Translations under genes and position numbers: made by a program
Part shown: positions 20,730 to 33,225 of the stretch, one piece after another
Position numbering within the stretch: position 1 is the first letter of the stretch
Layout: the number at the start of each line of letters is the position of its first letter
Notes under the pieces: model-generated
Told to the model about the DNA's origin: nothing
Databases searched by the model: none
The model's input: the letters and a program-made list of their open reading frames with translations, nothing else
Assembly (NCBI GenBank): GCA_963850315.1
Contig: CAWKKN010000006.1
Location: forward strand, 4,843-68,842
Length of the DNA: 64,000 nucleotides
Direction: 5' to 3'
Source: an uncultured Actinomycetes bacterium
GTDB lineage: Bacteria > Actinomycetota > UBA4738 > HRBIN12

Positions 20730-23700
20730 TCACATCACCGCCCGGGTGATCGTCGCCTGGGCGCCATCCGGCGCGATGACATCGACGCGCACCCACCCCG
20801 TGCCCCGCAGCACTGCCCCGATCGTCCGCCCACCGCTCGTTGCCGGGACCTGGCGCAGCGGGATCGGTGCCGGGTCGGCGAAGACGTCGTCGCCGGGTTG
20901 GAAGACGCGGATCGTCCCGATATCGTCGGTGACCTCCAGTAGGTGGGGCGGAAGCGGTAACGGCGGGAACTCCGACAGCCCGATGTGCACACGGTATGGA
21001 CCCATGCCCGCCACGTCGTCGGGCACCGACGTCTCGAAGCTGAGCACCCGTCCGCGGCCGACGATGTTCACGATGTTCACGTTGGTGATGTCCGGCGGAC
21101 TCACCGGGTCGGTCGGCGGCACCGTCACCACCTGCTCGGTGAGCCGTCCGAGCGGGTCGGTGACACGGAGTCGCACCGCGAGCTGATCGGTGAACGCGGC
21201 CCGTGCGATCTGCAAGTGCAGGTCGGTGCTCGTTCCCGTCGACGGGTCGCGCCATAACCCGGATGCGTTCGCTGCCGGGGCGATCTGTGGGCAGTGGTCG
21301 AAGTCGGTGTCCGGTGCGGAGCCTGGCACAGGCGGGGCCGGGTAGCGGAACAGCAGCTCGCTCGTCCCGTCGTCCTGAGTGACGATGACCTCGGCCTCGA
21401 CCCGGTGCGGGCCGAGCGGCGTCGGCGCCACCGGTGCGCCCGTGACGGTGTCGATACGTACGTGCGGCGTGCCGCCCATCGGCGTCGTGACGACGAGCGG
21501 CGCGAGATCGGGATTGCCGGCCGGCGGCACGACCACCTGGCGGATCGTGCTCGGCTGCGACCGCCCGCCGTACTGCCCGCGCGTCGGGTCGTCGGCGGCC
21601 CAGGCGACGGCGCGGTAGTAGACCGGCTGCCACGATCCGGGCACGGGGTCGATGCCGTCGACGCGGCCGAGTGGCTGGTTCTCGCCAGGGTTTCCGGACA
21701 CCGTCGGCGTCACGGTGACCGTCGAGCTGCTGCCCGAGACGGAGGCGACCGGCGGACCCATCGTGTCGAGATCGATCGCCGCCTCGGCGACGCGGGTGCG
21801 GTAGAGGTCGATCCGGCCGACCGTCACCCCGGGCCGAGCGCTGAGCCGGAACGCCGCCTCGGTACGCCGCCGGGGTGACCGCCGTGTCGGGGCGCCCGAC
21901 TACCTCGATGGTCGGCGGGTTCGGCGCAACGACGTGCGGCGCGGCATACGCGATCGGCCGCTTGCGGCGATCAGGGTCGCTCAGGTCGGGCCAGGCCGAC
22001 TCGATCTGGCCGGCGCTGAGCCCGAGGACCGCGAAGAGGTGGATGTCCTTCGTGCCGCGGGGCAACGTGACGGCGAGGCTCGTTCCGGTGACCGGTGTGG
22101 CGTTCACGCGGGTGAAGACACGCCGCGTCGGGTTGTCGCGGAACGCGTCGCGGAGGGTTGTCAGCCGGTCGCTGAGCGTGTCGGCGAACGACGGGTCGCC
22201 CCGCCCGCACGCGTCGAGGAGGTCCGTCTCGCTGCAGGCGTAGGCGAAGTAGCCGACGGCACCGGGCGCGGCCGGCCACTGCAGGAGCGCGTGGTACTCG
22301 CCGGCGGCGTCCGCCATGCTCGTCAGCAGCACGTCCTCGTGCTCGATCGTCAGCACCGGCGGACGCGGGTCCGCCGCCGAGGCGATGAGCGGGCTGGTGC
22401 TCCACGAGCCGACCCGACCCGGTGCGCGTGCCTCGGTGCCGCGAGCCCACAGCGCCATTCCGATCGCGCCGGCGGCCGAGTAGTCCAGTCCGAAGCCGGT
22501 GATCGTCAGTCGATACCGCCGTGGTCCCGCGATCGCGCCCTGCAGCCCGGACGAGAGCGTATGCGCCTGCTCGTCGAAGTACTGGATCGACGCGCTCGAG
22601 GCCACCGCCCGCGACGACGGTGGCGACGCCTGTGCTGTCGAATTCGATCGCGACGGGCACGCCGCTGCCTCCGGCCAGGGACGGGGCCAGGCCGGCGGGG
22701 ACGGAGAGGTCGCCGGGCGGGTCGTCCAGGCGGGCCTCGGTGTACATGCGCCCGACGAGGTCGATACGGCACGGGCTCCGGCTCGCCCAGTTCCACGCGA
22801 TGTCGACGCTGAGCGCGCCCGGGCAGACCGCCGCGGCGGCGGTGACGTCCCAGCTCGCGGCGATCAGCGACGCGACCCCCACCGGCGGCTCGCCGAGGGC
22901 GGTGCTCGCCGAGGCCCAGTCGCTCCACTGCCCGAACAGGTCCTGGTGCGCGACGCCGTAGCTCAGCTGGTTCGGGTTCGGCGCCGAAGCCAGGTGATAC
23001 CTGTCGTCGAGCGCGCTCAGCCGACCCGAGCCCGCGAGCGCCTCGCTGGTGGACGCGCCGATCGGCTGCACCGCGGTGTCGTGGGGTCGTGGGTCCATGA
23101 TCGCCTCGACGCCGCCGGCAGGCGCCTGTTGAGTGCGAACCAGGGCGTAGCTGCCGACGCGGAGCGGCAGATCGTCGGCGAGGCGGTCCCAGCCGGGGCG
23201 GATGACGCCGATCCAGTCGAGATCGATGTCGTCCGGCGCCGCGAGGCCGTCGACGGTCGCCGCGACACCGGTCGGCGTGGGCGGCATGAGCGCCATACCC
23301 GGTGCGAACACGATCGCGGCGTACTCGAGCGGGCCCGGCTCGTTGTTCGTCCCGTTCTCGTAGTGCGCGGTGACCATGTAGTCGTAGCGGGTCGACGCCT
23401 CGTACAGCACGGAACCCTGGTCACCGACCGGCTCCTCGAAGGCCGTGCCGAAGCCGGCGATCAGCGACGCGAGCGGGTCGGTCGCGGCGCCGTACACGAG
23501 CGTTCTGAGCGGGCTGATCGTCGCCGTCGGGTCGTTGAGGTTCGGCGAGGCGAGGCTCTGCGTCGTGGTGAACGCGGCCTGCTGCTCGGCGGGCACGTTC
23601 ACCATCTGCCGCAGCAGGGGCAGCAAGCTCTCGTCGACCACCTTCAACATTGCCTTCGGGTCGGCGAGCTCGCCACGCCGGGGCGAGTGAACCCGTGTCG

Positions 23701-24383
23701 AGCAGCGGGCGCCACCCGTAGAAGGGCGCGCCGCGGCGGAACCGGTCGAGCGCTGCGTCGGGCGGGTCCTGCGGCGCCCCGACGAGCCCCTGCTGCTCGT
23801 CGAGGTTCAGCACGTTGTTGAAGGTCTGGTCGACGGGCAGCCCGACGATCTCGATCTTCTGCCAGTCGAGGTCCTGGGCAGCGTCGCCGTCGAGGCCGCT
23901 GAGACCTGTGAGCACGACGCCGGGCGAGATCAGCAGGCACTGGATCGCCGGCGCCGAGAAGGCGTACTGCGTCTGTGCGGTGCTTAGCGTCTGCGGTGAG
24001 ATCATCGGCGAGGCGTAGGGCGCGCCGGCGAAGGCGATCACGTAGCCGGCAGGGCCCTGCAACCCGGCGCGGACGAACACGCGAGGCCGGTCGAACACGA
24101 TCAGGGTGGCGCCCATGAAGTCCGCGGTGCCGTAGGGGATCGGCGCCTCGTTCTGAGCGGGCGCGGACCCTCGGCGCCACACGGTGAACGGCTCGGTCGG
24201 GTACCCGAGCGCCGGATCGGTCACCCACCGCAGCTGGACGAGCCGGCTGCCCTTCAGGCCGCGATCGGCGGCGACCTTCTGCGGTGGGGGGACGTGTTCG
24301 ATGTCGCGCCGGTAGGCGAGCGTCCAGTCGACGACCGATGCGAGCAGCAGGAACCTCGTCGGATCGACGACGCGCGGTGCCAT
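20730..24383 (-). CDS. large (~1200 aa) beta-rich hypothetical protein with Fn3/Ig-like modules (second gene; frameshifted)
   Basis: ORF pieces 23421..24641, 21971..23650, 20722..22605 and 20730..21827 join into one gene; motifs YGVAHQDLFGQWSDW, YYRAVAW, LRVTDPLGR; TGATG overlap with the upstream gene. Confidence 0.7.
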
Positions 24384-27300
24384 CAGCCCTCCTCCCATGG
24401 CGCGCTCGCGAACGTCATGTCGAAGACCGTGACGCTGCGCTCGGCGGGGTCGAGGAACGGCAGATCGGCGAACGCAGCTGCGACGAGGTCGAGGCCGAGC
24501 TGCTTGCCCCGTTGGGTCGGGGCGAGCACGACGAGCGCCCGCTGCCCACCCGGCGCGACGACGATGCCGTTGGGCGCGACCGTCGCGGCCGTCGCGGCGC
24601 TGGGCCGCAGCAGCAGCCACTCCCGCGCGGCGAGGATCCACCGCTCCGCAGGAGCCGGGCCGGTCGAGTCGGTGACCTTCGACGGGTAGCTGCGGGTCCG
24701 CAAGAGCGGTTCGGTCGCGTCCACCAGGACGGCCGCCGGCTGCGGGTCGGACGAGCCGCTCTGCTCCCAGAAGACGACGACGCGGGCCCGGGTCGGTGTC
24801 TCGAGCGGCTCGATGCCATGCGCGCGCAGTTGGTCGTCGAGCTCCGAGCCGGCCGGCCGTCGTCCGGCGAAGAAGCCCGCGATCGCACCGAACGCGCCCG
24901 CCGGTGCCGAGCGCGCCGTCGGCGTCGGGGAGATGATCGATGCGGCAAACTGCTCGAACGTCCCGTACAGGCCGGTGCTGAAGTGACGGCGGAAGATGCT
25001 CGGGCCGGCAGTACCGTCGGGTGCACCGGCGTCGACGAGCTCGACGTCGAGGAGATAGTCGGTGCAGCTGTTCAGCGGGATCTTGATGTCGACCTGGCTG
25101 TGCCGGGAGCGGGCACCGTCGACCGGCACGCAGGTGCCCTCATCACCGAGCTGGGCGACCGCCTGGGCAATCGCGTCCTCGAACGGCGACAGCAGGGTCG
25201 CCGGCACCGTCACGACCGTCGACGGGTCTACGGGGTAGGGGTGCGGCACCGCCGGGGTTGACTGCGGTTGCTGCGCCGACGCCGCCTGGAAGCGGACCTG
25301 CATCTTCTTGCCGTAGCGGGTCAGCAACCGGTCGAGGTCCTGCGTGTTGAAGACGAGCTTCACGTCCTCCTGACCGAAATACCCCTTCTCCGCCTCGTCC
25401 GGGACGGTCATCAGCAGCCAGGAGTCCAGGCGCACCGGAACCGGCGGTGTGGAGGCGAACTGCAGCTTGGCTGCGTCCTGCGGGTCGGCGACGATGCGGT
25501 CGGTGCGGAACCAGAAATGTTGCGTGAACGTCGGCGCGTCGGAGTCGTCGAGCCGCTTGCCGGTCGAATCCACCGTGATGCGGTAGAGCGAGTCGGCGTA
25601 CAGGAACGCGTTGGTGTCGCTCGCCGACCCGAGCAGCTGGGTCAGCACCTGCTGGTCGCTGTTGAGCTGCGTGGTGTCCCAGTCGACGCGCAGCTTCTCC
25701 GACCAGCGCGTCTCGGCCGCGGCGGCGACGTAGTACGGCGGGGCGATCTGCGGGCGTTGCTCGGCGAACTCGGCGATGACGATCGGCGTGCCCAGCCCGT
25801 GGGTGCCCAGCTCGACACGGTCGGCGAACTCGTCCGGATCGAGTGCTACGTACACGGGGACGGTCTTGCTGCTCTGCTGCCAGCGCAGCAGGTCGTCGAT
25901 GTCATCGGCCCAGGGGCCGGCCGGGTCGGTCCAGCGCGGGGGCAGCGGGTTCGACCAGATGAGGTTCGCGGTGGTGACGACGGCCCGCTGGTGCTCCGCG
26001 CCGTCGGAACCGAGGGCGCGCACGACGATGTGGCCGCCCTCGAGCATCGCGCGTGGGATGAACAGCAGCACGCCGAAGGTGGCGAAGGCTCCTGTGGAGA
26101 TCACGACGACGTCGTCGAGCTCGCCGTGCGTGACACCACGTTGGTCGAGCTCGACCGCGACCTCGTCGGACCTCGACTGGTCGCCGATCGCGATCGGGCG
26201 GCCGTCGTCGAGCATCGGCGCCTGCAGCAGGTGGACGGCGCAACGGGTACGGATCGGCACGAGGGAGGTGAGGTCCGGGGCCAGCACCGCGGTCGAGGCG
26301 GCGAGCTGGGCCGGCGACAGTGCGGCCTTCAGCTCGGCCACGCCGATGCCGGCTCCGGCGTGCAGCGCGCGCAGCGCGTCACCGACGGACATCGCGGGCG
26401 CCTCGCGCTCCCCCCGCGGGAGTGCGGTGCTGACCTTGCGGTGCAGATCCGCGGAGATGCGCAGCGGCTGCTGCCCCGGGCTGCGGACGAGCGCAGCGTG
26501 CACCGGGTCGTCGGGCGCGACCGCCGCACCTGTTGTTGGCACCTCGGTGACCGGCCCGTGCCCGCCGACGACGAGCCGGGGCGGCAGCGGGCCGGGCGAA
26601 GCGGCGGCTGCGTGTTCGGCATCGAGCAGGTGCAACCACGGGTTGACGTCTAGTCCGCGTTCGCACGGAACGGTGCCACCGAGGACGAAGGCGGGGAAGA
26701 TCCCGCGCTGAGCGTCCAAGACCGGGTCGCCGCTGCGCCAGCGCTCGCCGACGTGCAGCGCGCTTGGCGGGGCCGAGCTGCGCACCGACCCGAGCGGGTC
26801 CGGCCACGCTATGCCCTCCAGGTCCCACCCCGTCGCCGAGAAGCCGAGCGGCTCGAACCGGAAGGTCCACAGCTGCTCGGCGGCCGGAGCGGCCGGAGCG
26901 CAGATCGTTCCGTAGCGCTCGGTCAACGAGTCGGTGAGACGGTCGGTCTTCTCGATCGCCTTGGTGGCAGGCGACGGTGCCCAGGTGAGAAGGGCCAGCT
27001 GCGCGACCGGGCTGGGGTCGGTGGGCCCCGCGAGTGTCCACCACACGGCCGGCCCGCTCGGTTGGTCGATGGCGTCCCCGGCAGGCTGCCCCGTGGCCGG
27101 GTCGATCCGCTCGAGGGTGACCACCGAGACGACGTACTGGTACCGGTCGCCACCGTGCTCGCAGTAGGCGGCCTTCGGATCGGGCGACGCCGGGTTGGGC
27201 GCCCCAGGCGACGAGCCGATCCCGGTGTTCAGTCCACCGATGGTCAGGTTGTCCGTCACGGCAGGGGGCACGGCCATCGCGATGATCGGGATGGCGTCCA

Positions 27301-30300
27301 CGGGTACCACCGGCAGCGCGTCTCCGGCGCCGGGCACGGCATCCGACACGAGGGCGTCGCCGAGGCTGACGTCGATGCCGCGGTCGACGCCGGTGCCCTG
27401 CGCCAGGGCCGGCGAGCGGCTCTGCAGCGACACCTTGGTCACCAGCGGTGGGATCGGTGTGGAGGTGTCGCCACCGGTGCTCAGCGAGATCTCGACGCAG
27501 CCGGAGACCTCGAAGAAGAGGAAGCTGACGTGCCCGCACGCCTTGCCGTCGACCGACATCCCGAAGCTGCTGTCGTCGTGCTCGGCCACCACGACGTTCA
27601 GCTCGGCGTCCGCTCCGATGGAGACGATGAACAGCCGCAGCTCACCCGAGACGTAGATGACGCCGGCCAGCGTGAACGGCTGGAAGCCGAGCTCGGCGTC
27701 CATGCCGCCGCCGATGCGCAGGTAGAGCCCGACGTCGGTGTCGCCCCACGTGAACGACGCGGCCACCCCCAGGCCGAGCGAGAACCCGGTCAGCGCCGGC
27801 AGCGTGAATCCGTGCACCGGGTAGGCGGGCAGGCCGTCGCCCTTCGCCATCAGGTAGCCGGTGCCCTTGACGATGCCCGAGCACGTCGACCTCGACCGGC
27901 TGGCCGAGGTCCTTGCGCGCGCCGAGGTAGACGTGCCATTTGGACGCGTCGGAGCCGAACGGGAACATCGCCTCGACCGGGATCTTGATCGTGATGAGAT
28001 CGGGGATCTCCCAGGAGATCAGCACGCCGATGAGGAAGTGATCCGGCGTGATCTCGATGACGGCGAGGATGCCGCCCGACCCGCCGATCTCGTCCATGTC
28101 CGGCGGCAGCGAGATGATCCGCGCATTCATCATGATCACGATGCGCGGGCCGGGCAGCTGGATCAGCAGCGTCCCGTCCAGGTTGAGGATGAAGCCGCCC
28201 TCCATCGTCCCGATCAGGATGCCGGCACCGAAGGCCCAGTGGTCGAGGTACGGGGACCCAGAGCTTCTCGCCTTGCTTGTTGGCGAGCTTGTTGGGTTCG
28301 CCGTCGGCGTGCTCGAGCCAGGTGAGCGCGGACGAGGGCGAGCCAGGGCTGTCCCACTGCGTGCTGCGGTCGTAGTGCATGCCGAAGATGCCGCGGAAGC
28401 CGAAGATCCCGAGTCCGGACGTGCCGAGCGGGATGCCCACGGGAAGCACGATGTCGAGTCCGACGTAGACGCCTGTCGCGGTGCCGCCGCTCGGCAGTGT
28501 GATGGTGGCGATCTCGACCGCCGCGGCGACGCGCAAGTCGATCGGCCGCAGCGTCAGGTCGAGCTGGCCGCCGATCGTCGCGACGGGGTGGCCCTGCGGG
28601 TCGGTGCTGTGCGCCATCTGGACGAAGCCGGAACCCACCAGCGCGCCAGCGATGTCGACACTCACGCCGAGCGCGGTGAGCTCGGGCGGCCGCGTCGGGT
28701 CGTCGAGGTAGACGCGCACCCCGGCGCGGTCGACACTGACCACACCGAGGTCGACGCTCATCCCGATGTCGATCTCGAGGGTGAGCGGGTTCGTCCGCGA
28801 CAGGCGTGCCGCGAGGATGCGCAGGATCTTGCCGAGCGGATCTGCGACGACGAGCGACCCGCTGCCCTGAACGTCGATCGTGTAACCGCGTGAGGAGTCG
28901 AAGATCGGGTGGAGCTGGAAGGCGGCCGCGCCCATCGCGTCGCGGTTGGCCGTGTGCACGCCGATCGCCTTGTAGCGGACGGTGAGGGGCTTGTCGGGAT
29001 TGATGGAGAGGACGTCGACGATCGGTTCGGTGGTCGCCCAGGCGACGGCGATGTCGACGAGGATGTCGGTCTCAACCTCGTCGGTGCCGCGTCGGAGTCC
29101 GACGTGCACCTCGCCCCCGTACCAGACGACGCGCTCGACCTCGAGGAATGGCAGCGCCCCGATGACGGCAGGAATCGCCATCGCCGCGGCCGAGAGTCCG
29201 ACGTCGACGATCGCGGCGCCCGGGCTCTCGCTCGACGCCTGCTGTGCGGCCGCGTCGAGTGGCAGATCGGCGAGCAGCGGCCAGAACGTGAGGTAGCTGC
29301 CCATCAGGTTGCGCACGACGTCGCGCGGCGCTCGCTGCTCGCCCGGGAGCCAGCCCCACACCATGAGGCCGGACGTGTCGGCGGGATCAGCACCGATCGA
29401 GCCGACGATCTGCTCGCGGCCTGTGCTCGGATCGGTCTGCACCAGGAGGCGGAAGTTGGTGATGCCGTCGGTGGGGTTGTCGGGCCCGACCGGGACGCCC
29501 TGCTGCAGGCTGCGTCCCTTCGGCGAGTTGTCGGTGTTCACCGCGGTCGGCGCGAGCGACTCCTCGACGAACGCCTGCAGGTAGAGCTGCAGGTCGAACT
29601 CGGCGGCGATGAGATCACCCTTGACGTACCGGACTATCAGCTTCGCCGAACGGAACGTCGCGGGCGGGTCGGGCTCGGTCGGGGTGGGGTCGACCGGGAC
29701 GATGTTCTGCGGCGGTGGCGGAGCGGCGGGTCGGCTGATCGTCACGCTCGAGGAGTGCTCCGGCGTGCTGACCGCTGGCAGACTCACGATCGCGCGCCAG
29801 TAGTCGCGGTCGTTCGGCACCTCGTGCGACGGGTCGTTCCAGTCGGCGTCGCTCACCCACTGGTCGATCTCGGCCTTTGTGGGCGCCGTCTTGTCGGGCG
29901 TGATCGTGGACTTCAGGTGCGGCTCCGGGTACGCCGCCGCGATGAGGTCGCGCGCGGTCTGGGCTCGGCGGCCGGCGAGCAAGTAGTTGTGCTGCCGGTG
30001 CCAGTCGTCGTCGATGCCCTCGAAGCTGGCCCGTCCCTCGATCGTGATGGTGATGTCCTGGGCGGTGTCGTGAGCGGTCCTCGCGACGGCGTCGAAATGG
30101 TCCTTGTACTGAGTCAGCGGGTCGACGTCGGGCGGCTCGAAAACGTTGACCGTCTTGCTGATGGCCTTGGACGAGGAGTAGGAGCGCGGGTAGGAGTCCT
30201 CCGGCTTCGACGGCGGACGGTCGAAGAAGAAGTAGACGGTGTCGGCGCGGGCGGCCGCCGCGGTGCCCGGCTTGCGCGCGGTGACGGTGTGCTGCTCGCC

Positions 30301-31809
30301 GGCAGCCAGGGGAACCTGCACCGACGCCGACGGCCCCGTCTCGGCGCCATTGTCGACCTTCCACATCAACATCGGGTCGGGCGGCACGCTGGTGAGCACC
30401 ACGTCGGCGTCGGTCTGTGTCTGCAGCGAGATCGTGGGCGTACCGGTCGGCGGGGTCATGGTCGCCGGTCGGGTCGGCGGCTGCGTAGGCGCGGGCGACG
30501 GCAGCAGCGCCGGCGCCACGACTAGTTGCGCTGTGATCGTCAACGTCACCGTTTTCGGGACCGGACCGGAGTCGGTGACGCTGATCGCGATCTCGGCCGT
30601 GTTGTCGGGCGCGTTCGACAGGTCGACCACGAAGATCGTGCCCTGCTCTGGCGCGCCGCCCGCGATGGTGACCTTCCGCGTGTAAGGCATTCGTCCGCCG
30701 GAGACGTCGACGATCATGCGGGTGTGCGCGGGCACCCGGGCGGTGGCGGTCGTCGCGCCGGTCGACTCAATGCCGTACGTCTTGTTGTTCGCGTCGACGA
30801 ACCGGGCGCTGACCTGGATCGTGGGATCGCCCTGCTCGATGATCGCGATCTCGAAGTCGCCCCAGACCCCCGCGCTGTCGTGCCCGATTCCGAAGAGGAA
30901 CTCGTGCGCGCCGGCCTCGAACGCCATGTTGCGCACCCCGTTGGGCGAGAAGAACACCCGGGCCTCGGGCAGGTAGAGACCGGTCCAGTCGTCACCCACC
31001 CCCGCCTTGTCCTTCAGCGCCGGCGGGGTGTTGTCAGCCGACAGGTCCAGCGTGGCCGAGCGGAACCCGATGCCGACCGTGTTCGAGCCGGATCCGCCGA
31101 CGTAGGCGTACGACGGCGACATCGAGACCAGTTCGGCGACACCGAGGTCACCCGGGTCGTCGAGCCCGGTTGCACCGAGGGAGACGAGCTCGAAGCGCAG
31201 CTGGCTCGGATCGGCGTCGCCGTGGGTGAGCCGGAAACGCAGCTTCGGCAGGCTGAGCGTGACCTCGTTCACCGAGTCGTCCGGCACGAGGGTGCCGGTG
31301 TCGGCGAGTCTTGCGGGGTGGAGGAAGGGGGGGCGCAGGCTCGGCGCGTCCAGGATCAGGTCGAGGACGAACCCGGTGGAGGGGTAGTCGGTCGTCGGGC
31401 CGTTCGCCGGGCCCGCGAGCGCGTCGAGCACGGCCTTGGTTTGCTGGAAGGCCGTGCTGGTGGCAATCGAGCCCTCGCCGGCGAAGACGATGTCGCTGCG
31501 GATGCGAGGGACCAGCAGCTCGAACTCGATCGCGGTTTCGGCGAGGTCGATGATGGGCTGGCGGTTCGCCGGGTCATACACGGGGGCCGCCTCGTCCACG
31601 CCGCCCGTGACCGAGAACGCGCCGTTGGGGAACAGCTGCGCCCAGCCGTTGAACTCGCCGCGCCCGCGAATGGTGACGCCTAGATCGTCGCCTGCCTGCT
31701 CGTAGGTCGTGACGCGTAGGGCGGAGGCGAGGGCGTGGAAGCTACCGAGGGTCTCGCCGCGAAGGACATAGGGGAGCACTAGGTCCAGCAGGGCGAGGTT
31801 CGCCATCAT
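24383..31809 (-). CDS. giant (~2470 aa) hypothetical protein with an internal OmpA-like domain and long amphipathic beta-strand regions (first gene; frameshifts near 28260 and 27875)
   Basis: ORFs 27850..31809, 27642..28205 and 24383..27850 are contiguous; IEGRASFEG...HNYLLAGRRAQTA; GIPLGTSGLGIFGFRGIFGMHY. Confidence 0.75.
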
Positions 31810-32504
31810 TCATCGCACCCCGACCTGTAGGTCGTCCTAGGTACTGACCCTGGTTGCGAGGGCCTCCGCATTGCCGAGGCTCTCTGGGGGGTTCCAGCTC
31901 GTAGTGCTGCATATGAGTTTGGGGTAGACGATCCGCGAATTCGAATGGGCGTCCGCCGACAACCCCTCGGGCACGATGTAGAAACAGACCGCGAGCGACG
32001 AGCGCCACTTCGGCTGAATACCTGGTCGCTGAAGTTCGTATCGATCATGTCGCGTGCGAACGCCATACGGGTCCAGCTGACGTCCTGTGGCGGCATGAGA
32101 GACATAACGGTTGACATTGCTTTCCCTCTCTCGAACGGAAAGGTCGAGCGTCAATTGCGTACCTGCGTCTCTCACACATGGCACTCACCCCAGATCGCCC
32201 AGGCGGGCCGGGCACCTTTCCCCGGGGCCGCCTCCGATACCACTGGCAACGGCGGGGATATGCGGATCACCGTTACGCCATCTGCCCTGGGGCGCAATCA
32301 GGATTTTGGGCGTCACCTGTCTGGCCTACACCCAGTCGATATGCCTCGATGCAGCGCGACCCTCTCGGTGAACGTCGAGGGCGACCAACCGCCAACCCTT
32401 GTGGAGTCCGTGCGCGACATTGGGAGGGTGGCGCGCAGCTACGGGCAGGACCCAGACGAGCTGTTCGCCTACCTCGCCGACTTCGCGGCGGGCGCGCTCG
32501 GGTA

Positions 32505-32814
32505 GAGAGCGCAAGTTCGCGGCGATGTTGTTGGGGTCATCGAGCAGCCGGGTGAAGGTCAGCGGCGAGATGTTGTAGAACTGCTCGCCCGCCACCGAGC
32601 GCAGGACCGGCTCGACATTCTCGACCTTGCCCTTGAGCGTCTTGGCCCGCTTGAGGACCGCGTCCTTGGTGGGCTCCAGGACGCAGTCGAGCCGGCGGAT
32701 GACGGCCAGAGGCAGGATGACTTTGCCGTAGTCAGACTGCTTGTAGGTGCCCCGAAGCAACTCGGCGATGGACTTGATGAACGCCGCGTGGTTCCTGATA
32801 TCCCCGTTGCTCAC
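32505..32814 (-). pseudogene. hsdM: type I restriction-modification M subunit, N-terminal fragment only
   Basis: NHAAFIKSIAELLRGTYKQSDYGKVILPLAVIRRLDCVLEPTK...LLDDPNNIAANL; similarity stops at ~32505 with no methyltransferase domain, hsdS or hsdR. Confidence 0.85.
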
Positions 32815-32826
32815 GCCTGGTCTCCC

Positions 32827-33036
32827 CTACTTGATCCGTCCGGTCTTGCGCGCCCACGCCACGATCTCGGTCCGCAGCCACAGCAGCGTTCGTCCGCGGC
32901 CGAGGGTCACCACCGGTCGGGGGAAGTCCTCGTATCGCTTCGAGTACGTGGACACGCTGTTCGCGTGCTTCAGCCCGAGCACCTCCGCCACAGCTCTCGC
33001 GTCCACCAGATCATCGATGTTCACCCGCCTTCCCAT
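32827..33036 (-). CDS. AlpA/excisionase-like winged-HTH DNA-binding protein
   Basis: LVDARAVAEVLGL...DFPRPV...LLWLRTEIVAWA. Confidence 0.8.
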   Translation of the reverse strand: MGRRVNIDDLVDARAVAEVLGLKHANSVSTYSKRYEDFPRPVVTLGRGRTLLWLRTEIVAWARKTGRIK

Positions 33037-33042
33037 AGGGGC

Positions 33043-33102
33043 AGTCTAAGGATATTGACAGACACGGTCAAAGACGCTAGCCTGTGTCTAAGGTTATAGA
33101 CA
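33043..33102. promoter_or_regulatory. overlapping divergent promoters with two 17-bp operators
   Basis: plus strand TTGACA(33055)-17-TAGCCT(33078); minus strand TTGACC(33071)-17-TAGACT(33048), 6 nt before the HTH ATG; repeats at 33044-33060 and 33086-33102. Confidence 0.75.
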
Positions 33103-33169
33103 TCCCAGCAACCAGGAGGCCACGAGGACCACCGAGAACACCGCGGATCGCGGCACAAGACAGACAGAT

Positions 33170-33225
33170 GGCCCCGGCGGCGCGTGAACGCCCCGGGGCC
33201 CGGACGGACCTACATAGGAGGCCCG
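33170..33225 (+). promoter_or_regulatory. structured 5' leader: GC hairpin plus a small hairpin overlapping the SD
   Basis: GGCCCCGG(33170-33177)/CCGGGGCC(33193-33200); CCTA-CA-TAGG overlapping AGGAGG before ATG 33228. Confidence 0.5.

Noticed and set aside
31837-32184. Short ORFs in the lower-GC gap upstream of the giant operon
   Set aside because: Atypical codon usage; more likely promoter or intergenic DNA, and I could not place a confident promoter
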